A program made the position numbers and the translations under genes. DNA of 45,947 bases, from contig CAYYLT010000001.1 in assembly GCA_964472385.1 (NCBI GenBank), positions 1 to 45,947 on the forward strand. Direction: 5' to 3'. Shown here one piece after another: positions 38,388 through 45,947 of this stretch. This DNA is from an uncultured Bacteroidales bacterium (GTDB lineage: Bacteria > Bacteroidota > Bacteroidia > Bacteroidales > UBA12077). The stretch's first letter is position 1, and each line of letters starts with the position of its first letter. The notes beneath the pieces were generated by a model. That model was not told where the DNA came from. It worked only from the letters and a program-made list of their open reading frames with translations, and ran no database searches.

Positions 38388-38711
38388 ATGCATGATCAGC
38401 AGGAATATCTTTCGTTGGAATCAGCAATCGTTCAGGTGTTAAAAGGCATATACGATCCTGAAATACCGGTGAATATATATGATTTGGGTTTAATATATGA
38501 TATTCAGGTAGATGATGAAAACGCAGTGGAGATCACCATGACACTGACCGCTCCGAACTGTCCGATAGCGGATAGTTTAATTCAGGAAGTTGAACAGCAG
38601 ATCAGGAATATTGAAGGTGTGAAATCTGCACAGGTCCATTTGGTATTTGATCCACCCTGGGATAAAGATATGATGTCGGATGAAGCAAAATTAGAATTGG
38701 GCTTGCTTTAA
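38388..38711 (+). CDS. sufT: DUF59/SufT-family Fe-S assembly protein
   Basis: 107 aa with a DUF59-type sequence (DPEIPVNIYDLGLIY...TLTAPNCP). Confidence 0.85.
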   Translation: MHDQQEYLSLESAIVQVLKGIYDPEIPVNIYDLGLIYDIQVDDENAVEITMTLTAPNCPIADSLIQEVEQQIRNIEGVKSAQVHLVFDPPWDKDMMSDEAKLELGLL

Positions 38712-38712
38712 G

Positions 38713-39657
38713 ATGGATGCTAAAACACGATACAGTAAACTTATAAAATCCAGGGCATACCGCCTTGGATTTTTGGATTGTGGTATTGCGAAAGCGTCAT
38801 TTCTTGAGCGAGAAGCCGATCAGCTCAGGCAATGGCTATCAGAATACAGGCATGGAAGGATGCAATACATGGAGCATTATGTTGAAAAAAGAACGGATCC
38901 TGCACAGCTTGTACCACAGGCCAGATCAGTCATATCAGTCCTTTTGAATTACTACCCGCGGCAATTACAGCGACTTGACAGCTATAATATCTCCAAGTAT
39001 GCTTATGGCAGGGATTATCACATGGTTATGAAATCTATGCTAAAAGCGTTAATGAGTGATATTCGAAATGATTTCACTGATGTCAACGGAAGGGTTTTTG
39101 TTGATACTGCTCCGGTAATGGATAAGGTATGGGCACAAAGAGCAGGATTGGGTTGGATTGGGAAGAATACCAATCTGGTTTCCAGTAGATATGGCTCATT
39201 TTTTTTTATCGGGGAGCTTATTATTGATCAAGAACTGGCATATGATGAGCCGGCAAAGGACTATTGCGGGAACTGCAGAAAATGTATCGATGCCTGTCCG
39301 ACGGGAGCCCTTACCGGGCCATATCAAATCGATGCTTCCCGTTGCATATCCTACCTGACAATAGAAAATAAAGACAAAATTCCGGCCACTTTCAAAGGTC
39401 AATACGATAACTGGATTTTCGGATGTGATATTTGCCAGGATGTTTGTCCCTGGAATGCTAAGGCCCAACCCACATCCCATGAGGTATTTCTTCCTCCCTC
39501 GGAGCTGCTTTCTTTCAGCAGGACAGATTGGGCGCATCTTACTCGAGAGCAATACCAAAGCATGTTTCAGCATTCAGCAGTTAAAAGAGCCAAATATGAA
39601 GGGTTGATGAGAAATATACGTTTTCTCAAAGATCAGAAGCATTATGATGGAGCGTGA
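38713..39657 (+). CDS. queG: epoxyqueuosine reductase
   Basis: 314 aa with two 4Fe-4S motifs (CGNCRKCIDACP, CDICQDVCPWN) and a QueG-like N-terminal domain. Confidence 0.92.
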   Translation: MDAKTRYSKLIKSRAYRLGFLDCGIAKASFLEREADQLRQWLSEYRHGRMQYMEHYVEKRTDPAQLVPQARSVISVLLNYYPRQLQRLDSYNISKYAYGRDYHMVMKSMLKALMSDIRNDFTDVNGRVFVDTAPVMDKVWAQRAGLGWIGKNTNLVSSRYGSFFFIGELIIDQELAYDEPAKDYCGNCRKCIDACPTGALTGPYQIDASRCISYLTIENKDKIPATFKGQYDNWIFGCDICQDVCPWNAKAQPTSHEVFLPPSELLSFSRTDWAHLTREQYQSMFQHSAVKRAKYEGLMRNIRFLKDQKHYDGA

Positions 39658-39668
39658 CCTGTTCAATA

Positions 39669-39901
39669 GGGTTTGCTGAAAAACACAAAAAAGCTTTAAA
39701 ATCAACAGGATATACATTTATATTGTTTCTGAAATGCAAGGATTTTAGTAAATATACCTAAAAAACCTTGCATTTTTCAAGTGAATATTTTTTGTTAGCC
39801 TTTAGCACATCATCTACTTCGTTGGCTTCAGCTCGCAGTATTCATATACAGCTTCGCTTTGCCGCCTCGTAGCTGATGCACTAAAGACTTTTTCAGCAAA
39901 C
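39669..39901 (+). repeat. intergenic repeat superfamily, type II (copy F)
   Basis: 13-bp TIR GTTTGCTGAAAAA...TTTTTCAGCAAAC; head related to the type-I head; hairpins 39731-39776 and 39800-39886; tail about 80 percent alike by eye to the copy D tail. Confidence 0.75.
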
Positions 39902-39902
39902 G

Positions 39903-40964
39903 CTAAATATCCGTTTTATCGTATGATTCCAGTTTGTTTGACGTCAGGTCTTTATATTCTTTTCGGTTTTTGTATATATCCAGTGCATAAAACAAGGCAT
40001 TTCGGAATGAATCCGGGGAAGCCTCATTTTTCCCTGCTAGTTCATAGGCTGTACCATGATCGGGGGAAGTCCTGATAACATTTAATCCGGCCGTAAAATT
40101 GATCCCTTCATCAAAAGAGAGTGCTTTAAAGGGAGTCAGGCCCTGATCGTGGTACATGGCCAGGATTGCATCGAATTTCTTCATGTTTCTGGTACCAAAA
40201 AAACCATCTGCAGCATAAGGTCCGAATGCCATTATGTCTTGTTCTTTAGCACGTTGAATGGCAGGAATGATAATATCGTTTTCTTCATTTCCCAGTATGC
40301 CACCATCACTGGAATGGGGATTAAGTCCAAATACCGCTATCTTGGGTTTTCTGATCTTAAAATCTTTCAGCAGGGCGTGATTCATTACATTGAGTTTTCT
40401 CAGGATCAGATCCTGCGTCAATATTTCGGGAACCTGCTTCAAGGGTACATGAGCCGTAACCAGTCCGACTTTCATGATATCACTGACCATCAGCATCAAT
40501 GCATCTTTTCCATCGAAATGTTCCATAAGAAATTCCGTATGGCCAGGGAAAGTAAAATTTTCAGATTGGATATTTTCTTTATTGATGGGGGCAGTAACCA
40601 GTACATCGATCATACCTTTTTTGAGATCCTCTGTAGCCTTTTCTAATGCTTGAAGGGAAGCTTTACCTGCATCGCGGGTACATTTACCGAGTTCTACCCT
40701 GATGCTATCGTCCAGGCAATTAATGACATTAGACTTTGTCATATTAATTTTTTCGGCATCCCTCGCAATGTTGAGATTGAAATTCTGGATACCCAGGGCT
40801 TTTTTATGATATGCAGCAACTTTGGCAGAGCCATAGACAATGGGCACGCATAATTCATTTATACGAGGATCTATCAGGGTTTTAATGATGATTTCGTAGC
40901 TTATGCCATTGATATCGCCGTGGGTGATTCCCACTTTAATTTTTTCTTGATTATCCATATACAT
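39903..40964 (-). CDS. pdxA: 4-hydroxythreonine-4-phosphate dehydrogenase
   Basis: 353-aa PdxA family (GITHGDINGI, FPGHTEF, TSPDHGTA). Confidence 0.93.
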   Translation of the reverse strand: MYMDNQEKIKVGITHGDINGISYEIIIKTLIDPRINELCVPIVYGSAKVAAYHKKALGIQNFNLNIARDAEKINMTKSNVINCLDDSIRVELGKCTRDAGKASLQALEKATEDLKKGMIDVLVTAPINKENIQSENFTFPGHTEFLMEHFDGKDALMLMVSDIMKVGLVTAHVPLKQVPEILTQDLILRKLNVMNHALLKDFKIRKPKIAVFGLNPHSSDGGILGNEENDIIIPAIQRAKEQDIMAFGPYAADGFFGTRNMKKFDAILAMYHDQGLTPFKALSFDEGINFTAGLNVIRTSPDHGTAYELAGKNEASPDSFRNALFYALDIYKNRKEYKDLTSNKLESYDKTDI

Positions 40965-40995
40965 TTCCCTTTACCTAATTCAAAATTGGCAACCA

Positions 40996-42435
40996 TCATT
41001 TGAATGGATATTGCCTGAGAAAGTCAAACATCAGCCTAACACCGACACCTGTACCACCTTTATGTCTGTATGCTTCTTTTTTTTCAAGGTAGGCCATTGG
41101 TGCAATGTCAAAATGGACCCATGGGTAGGATACGAAATGTTCCAGGAATTTTCCGGCAACAATTGCACCCGCTTCTCGCCCACCTACATTTTTTATATCT
41201 GCAACGTCGGATGTGATCTGTTCGTTATACTCTTCCCATAGAGGTAGTTGGACAACACGTTCATAGGTATTCTCACCGCTTTTCGTCAATCGGTCAAATA
41301 TGGATTGATCGGCATGGCCCATTGCGATAATACCCTGGGTACCGAGGGTCATGGCAGCGGAACCCGTTAATGTGGCGAAGTCGAGCACCAATTCCGGGTC
41401 ATATTGTGTGGCAAAGCTCAGTGCATCGGCAAGAACCATTCTGCCTTCTGCATCGGTATTGATTACCTCTACGGTTTTATTATTGTGCATATGAATGACA
41501 TCACCCGGAGCATATGCATTACCATCAGGGCGGTTGTCCGTAGCCGGCACCATAGCGATCAAGTGCACCGGTAATTGCAATTTCGCCATGGCATACATAA
41601 TACCTGCCACTGTAGCCCCGCCAGCCATATCCGATTTCATGTCAAGCATATGGGAGGTTGGCTTTAGACTAATACCCCCTGTATCATAAACAATACCTTT
41701 TCCTATTAGAATAACGGGTTTTGTGTTTCTTGGTTGATCTGGCTTCCATTCCATTACTGAAAATGACGGAGGATCAACACTACCCCTGTTTACTGCCAAT
41801 AATCCGTTTAATTTTAAACTTTCAATTTTTTTCTTATTGAATACCTCGATAGAGAAACCCGATTTGGCAGCCAGCTTCTGAAATTGTTTCCCCAGTTGTA
41901 AGGCACTCTGATGAGAATAAGGTTCATTAACGAGATCTCTGGTATAATAAACGGCAGTACAAAGCACTTCAAGCATCCTCAGGTCATCCTCCGATATACC
42001 ATGGCTCAGGACCTGAATATGTCGCAGTGTATTTTTTTGGTCAGGATCCGGGTGTTTGTATTTTAAGAACTGGTAATGGTTGAGCATCAGTCCTTCCAGA
42101 AAGGCTTCGACCAGCTTTCCACGATTTGAAACATCCACCAGCAGTATTGTTTCGTGCCCGTTGTGTTTCAGGGTGTCATAGAGTTCGGAAGCCTGCTTTC
42201 GCATCTTCTCCATGACTGCGTATTCAGGATCTTCTACCTGAATGATGCGTATATACGACCACTTGAAATACGAATTGATGTCAATGGCATTTTTACCCGC
42301 CTGCTTTTGATTGTTAATATATTCCAGTTCTGTGGTGGTAAAAGAATAATCTGAAAAATCAGCCTCTTTTTCTGCGATATATACCACAGGAATTTCCAGT
42401 GATCTTTCCTTTACTTTGTGCGTTGTAAGATCCAT
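40996..42435 (-). CDS. pepA: leucyl aminopeptidase (M17)
   Basis: 479 aa with the M17 signature NTDAEGRMVLADAL and the metal-binding region VYDTGG. Confidence 0.92.
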   Translation of the reverse strand: MDLTTHKVKERSLEIPVVYIAEKEADFSDYSFTTTELEYINNQKQAGKNAIDINSYFKWSYIRIIQVEDPEYAVMEKMRKQASELYDTLKHNGHETILLVDVSNRGKLVEAFLEGLMLNHYQFLKYKHPDPDQKNTLRHIQVLSHGISEDDLRMLEVLCTAVYYTRDLVNEPYSHQSALQLGKQFQKLAAKSGFSIEVFNKKKIESLKLNGLLAVNRGSVDPPSFSVMEWKPDQPRNTKPVILIGKGIVYDTGGISLKPTSHMLDMKSDMAGGATVAGIMYAMAKLQLPVHLIAMVPATDNRPDGNAYAPGDVIHMHNNKTVEVINTDAEGRMVLADALSFATQYDPELVLDFATLTGSAAMTLGTQGIIAMGHADQSIFDRLTKSGENTYERVVQLPLWEEYNEQITSDVADIKNVGGREAGAIVAGKFLEHFVSYPWVHFDIAPMAYLEKKEAYRHKGGTGVGVRLMFDFLRQYPFK

Positions 42436-42647
42436 TGTGTTTTCTTTGAAGAAGATTTAAACGCATAAAATTAATAAATCCGGGCAGGAAAACATGAGGA
42501 AATGCAATCAATATTCTTACCAAATATTGCATATATTGTTCTCATGTAAATATTGGCTCGTGCAGTTAGTGTTTGTCCATCAAATATCAAATGCCCGACT
42601 TTTCTTTTGATCTTATCTGATTGCCTGTGAAAATGGATAGGTAAGGG

Positions 42648-43655
42648 TTATCTGGCAAGCTTCAGGGTTTGTAAAATGGCCTCTATTTGTCTTACATAGT
42701 CTCTTTTCTCAAATCTCGGAGCATATACAAAACCGTCTACATTGATAACATTTCCGGTATTTTCATCAAAGATAGAATAACAAATGAACGGGCCTCCCAT
42801 AAAATCATTTTTAACCTTCCATAATCCCCTCATCACATATACGGTATGGTTGTTTAGGGTTTTTGTCGTAAAAAAAGGTTTAACCATTGATTCTGTGATC
42901 ATAAATGAATTTGGAAAAGAGCCGGGAACAAATCTTTTTGTGAAGCGGTTGCGCATTTGAATTTGATATCCGAGCGTAAAGGTACGTTCACCGGAATAAG
43001 GATATTTATAGATCAGGATTCCCTGGGAGTATCTTGGTGCCTCCCTGGAAAGCCAGGTAAAGTTTGTGGTATCCTTATCCACCTTATATCCTTTTGGTAC
43101 GATGAGTGAAATACCGAATTTTTCCCTCAAATGCTGTTTGGCTCCACGATTCTGCATTCCTTTATAGAGCTTGATGTAACGATTCCATTCTGATTCTATG
43201 AATCTTTGGGCTACATCGTCACCCCTGTTTTGGAAGAGATTTGTCAGGGCAGCATCGTTGGGTGCCTGAGCTTCAATTAAGATTTGTGGTTTGGAGAATA
43301 CATTTTTTCTGATCAAGAACCGCGATTCTGTGTACTTTGTACCTACATTAATCCGCAATATATTTCTATGGGTTTGAAATCCCCTGTTAAATGCTTTATG
43401 GGGAACATTGATCAGGTTAAAAATGGGTTCCGGCTGAGGAAGGCCTTTGAATACACCACTTAGCTTCTTTCTGATGGGTAAGCCTACATTGCTGTTAAAT
43501 TTGCTGGTGTCCATCACAACGATCAGTTCACCGGACTTGCCGGTCACACTGGGCATTACACCTTGCTGCTGTTGCTTGCTCTGATCGGGCTTGCAAGCTG
43601 TGATGAGCAGAAACCCCAGAGCAACATATGAAAGGAGAAAGACTGGATTATTCAT
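42648..43655 (-). CDS. DUF4837-like lipoprotein
   Basis: 335 aa with lipobox LLITAC. Resembles the Bacteroidota DUF4837 family from memory; no catalytic motifs seen. Confidence 0.6.
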   Translation of the reverse strand: MNNPVFLLSYVALGFLLITACKPDQSKQQQQGVMPSVTGKSGELIVVMDTSKFNSNVGLPIRKKLSGVFKGLPQPEPIFNLINVPHKAFNRGFQTHRNILRINVGTKYTESRFLIRKNVFSKPQILIEAQAPNDAALTNLFQNRGDDVAQRFIESEWNRYIKLYKGMQNRGAKQHLREKFGISLIVPKGYKVDKDTTNFTWLSREAPRYSQGILIYKYPYSGERTFTLGYQIQMRNRFTKRFVPGSFPNSFMITESMVKPFFTTKTLNNHTVYVMRGLWKVKNDFMGGPFICYSIFDENTGNVINVDGFVYAPRFEKRDYVRQIEAILQTLKLAR

Positions 43656-43664
43656 ATAAAAAGG

Positions 43665-45029
43665 TTAATGATTGAGATATATCTTAATCTTTTTTCCGGG
43701 TTTAATGTCGGTTTCATCTTGAATTTCATTGGCTTCAAGCAGTTGAGCGATTGATTCACAATTGAATTTGTCGGCAATGCTCCAGATGGTATCACCTTTC
43801 TGAATCGTATAAAAAACTACGCGTTTATTGGTATCGACCTGATATCTGTTTTTATCGGCGATCTTCTCTTGATTTAGTTTTTCAATATAACTGGGATCCA
43901 CCCATATATTCAATTTCTGGCCTGCATGCAGCTTATCATTGGCTAAATCGTTCCATTTCCTGATCTCTTCAATGGTACAATGGTATTTCATAGCGATTTT
44001 ATGAAAATACTCCCCCTTTTCTACGACATGGGTAAGCATTTTTTTCTTGATCCTCCGCTCAGCGGAAGAACCGATATGTATATTTTGCGTGCCGGGTATT
44101 TGTTTTGCGCTGTATAGCTTGTGCTCATTTTGGAGGAAGGATGCAACTTTTTTTTTGGGGAGTACCAGCGACGTTTTTTTGGTCATATTGGGGATATAAT
44201 CTTTGCGATATATAGGATTCAGGATTTTAAGGGTGTCTGCGGGGACTCCAGTATGCTCAGTGATATTTTCAAAGGAAAGGGCATAATGCATGTGCAATGT
44301 ATCGGTTTCTGCGTAGGGATAAGGATTTGGTTTCGCTATGATATGATGTTTATCGAGGTGATTCATGGCATAATTCACAGCAATAAATGCAGGGACGTAG
44401 CTCTTGGTTTGAGCTGGGAGATATGGATAGAGCTCCCAAAAAGATTTTTTTCCCCCGGATCTGGCTATGGCTTTTCTGATGACACCGGGTCCCCCATTAT
44501 ATGCTGCAAGTGCAAGCTGCCAGTCGTTGTATAAGCGATAGAGATATTTGAGATATTTACAGGCAGCTTCTGTAGAAAGATAAGGATCCCTTCTTTCATC
44601 TATATAGGAGTTAACGGTTAGGTCAAACATCCGGCTGGTATTAAGTTTAAACTGCCACAAGCCCATAGCACCTGATTTTGAAACGGCAAAAGGATCCAGA
44701 GCAGATTCCACGATAGCCAGATATTTTAGTTCAAGGGGCAGATTGTATTTATCCAGTTCTTCTTCGATGATCGGGAAGTATCTTTTTGATCTGCCTGCAA
44801 TATCAGCCATGTGCTCTCTTTGTTCTACAGTATATACATCAATAAAACGCCTCACATGATCATTATACTCCAGCTCAATGGGTGTAAGGTGGTTTAATGC
44901 TGTAATTCTGTATTCGTAAACCAGATCGGGAAAAACAGGGATGGAATCGGAGCGGGAACCCACTATTGTGACTGGATTAATCTGTAGGGTGATTAATAAT
45001 AATGGGATCAGTAATCTTCTTTTGCGCAT
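43665..45029 (-). CDS. lytic murein transglycosylase with C-terminal LysM domains (MltD-like)
   Basis: 454 aa with an SLT motif (VESALDPFAVSKSGAMGLWQF) and two LysM repeats (HVVEKGEYFHKIAMKY..., YTIQKGDTIWSIADKF...). Confidence 0.88.
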   Translation of the reverse strand: MRKRRLLIPLLLITLQINPVTIVGSRSDSIPVFPDLVYEYRITALNHLTPIELEYNDHVRRFIDVYTVEQREHMADIAGRSKRYFPIIEEELDKYNLPLELKYLAIVESALDPFAVSKSGAMGLWQFKLNTSRMFDLTVNSYIDERRDPYLSTEAACKYLKYLYRLYNDWQLALAAYNGGPGVIRKAIARSGGKKSFWELYPYLPAQTKSYVPAFIAVNYAMNHLDKHHIIAKPNPYPYAETDTLHMHYALSFENITEHTGVPADTLKILNPIYRKDYIPNMTKKTSLVLPKKKVASFLQNEHKLYSAKQIPGTQNIHIGSSAERRIKKKMLTHVVEKGEYFHKIAMKYHCTIEEIRKWNDLANDKLHAGQKLNIWVDPSYIEKLNQEKIADKNRYQVDTNKRVVFYTIQKGDTIWSIADKFNCESIAQLLEANEIQDETDIKPGKKIKIYLNH

Positions 45030-45149
45030 GACAGATTGATGTTAATAACCCATTTTACCATGGGTGAATTCGTTCGCTGTTTGCTGAATTTGCCCACATG
45101 TATACAAAAATATTCTAAAAATCTCAAAAAGCAAACGACAACAAGATCT

Positions 45150-45341
45150 AGCCTGTATTATTCACAAAAAATGAATAAACCTTTGTAAATATAAGGATAT
45201 AAGCACTTTACTTGTTTTTTTAAAATAATTTTTATTATAGGCATTTTTTGTGTTTTTCAGTAGTCCCGAAGTAGGCGATTACATCGTTTGCTTTCGACGC
45301 CTTGCATCTACCCAGAACTTGACGCATGAATAAGACAGGCT
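45150..45341 (+). repeat. intergenic repeat superfamily, type I, truncated (copy G)
   Basis: Best-preserved TIR AGCCTGTATTATTCA...TGAATAAGACAGGCT. Head, apex and right arm are present, but the left hairpin arm is missing. Confidence 0.8.
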
Positions 45342-45557
45342 ATATTTATGATCTTCAAAGGTAGCCGGGCCATAAAGCAATCGAACACCAATGAGCCTGT
45401 AGCCGGAGAAAAAAATATTCACACACTAAAACAGTCCAGTCATTATTGGAAATGCATAGGAGATCACTGATAAAAGAAGATCAGGGCTCATTTTGGAAAG
45501 TTAAAATATGATGGAATGAAAAAATATTCGAACCAACCCTTTCTCTGAAAAGTGTCT

Positions 45558-45770
45558 TTATTCGTCTTTTTCTTTATTCTCCTCAAGCTTCTTATTTTCT
45601 TCTTCACCTTTCCCTTTGCTGGACGTTGCATCCTTAAACTCCTTGATACCTTTTCCAAAACCTTTCATAATTTCCGGAATCTTCCTTCCACCAAAAAGCA
45701 GCAGCAATGCCAGCACGATGAGAATAATTTCCCATGGGCCGGTTATTCCAATTATCACAAAATCAATCAT
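45558..45770 (-). CDS. tatA: twin-arginine translocase subunit TatA/E
   Basis: 70 aa: an N-terminal TM helix, then the FGGRKIPEIMKGFGKGIKEFK amphipathic helix and an acidic tail. Confidence 0.9.
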   Translation of the reverse strand: MIDFVIIGITGPWEIILIVLALLLLFGGRKIPEIMKGFGKGIKEFKDATSSKGKGEEENKKLEENKEKDE

Positions 45771-45947
45771 TTTCTAATATGTTTTTTAGAATTTTAGTGT
45801 ACTAAATTAATATTTTTTCAGGAAATTTGAAAACCTATCAGGTATAATCAATTATTTTAGGCATTTATAAACTTTAGGACAAATATAACAGTATACTCGT
45901 AGACGCTAACTTGTATCCGGCTTAATGGACAAACATTAATTATTCAG

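Noticed and set aside
45348-45470. 40-aa ORF (MIFKGSRAIKQSNTNEPVAGEKNIHTLKQSSHYWKCIGDH) starting 6 nt after repeat copy G
   Set aside because: Its position fits the pattern of repeat tails facing start codons. However, it is short with no recognisable domain or hydrophobic segment, and I cannot assess conservation here, so it is not called as a gene.
1-45947. Genomic island, prophage or defence-system content
   Set aside because: Every sizeable ORF is a recognisable housekeeping or envelope gene in a conventional Bacteroidota operon context. There are no integrases, tRNA-flanked boundaries, toxin-antitoxin pairs, restriction enzymes or nuclease/helicase defence genes.

Overview
Core-chromosome window from a Bacteroidota bacterium. 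This placement rests on the T9SS genes (sprA, a PorV/PorQ-family porin), a fused lpxC-fabZ and TAnnTTTG-type promoter boxes; hydF suggests an anaerobe. About 36 CDSs are confidently assignable: rpsL-rpsG-fusA, purS, pssA, a PorV/PorQ-like porin, a small HAD hydrolase, glutaminyl cyclase, a SAM methyltransferase, hydF plus an aspartase-like lyase, ruvA-sprA-gcvH, rimP-nusA-infB, an HD hydrolase with lpxD-lpxC/fabZ-lpxA, thiL, sufBCDSE-sufT-queG, pdxA, pepA, a DUF4837 lipoprotein, a LysM lytic transglycosylase and tatA. I found no rRNA, tRNA, CRISPR array, transposase, integrase or phage gene. The unusual content is non-coding. A modular superfamily of roughly 190-235 bp repeats fills 9 of the 12 intergenic gaps longer than 150 bp. 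Each copy has terminal inverted repeats, a promoter-like A/T-rich module and a hairpin of about 100 nt, and I do not recognise it as a named family. Other points: a degenerate tandem array downstream of purS, a promoter plus intrinsic-terminator leader in front of rimP-nusA-infB, a frameshifted membrane-protein remnant, and a hydF/aspartase-like pair without hydE, hydG or hydA nearby. All calls come from reading the sequence and the ORF translations; no searches were run.
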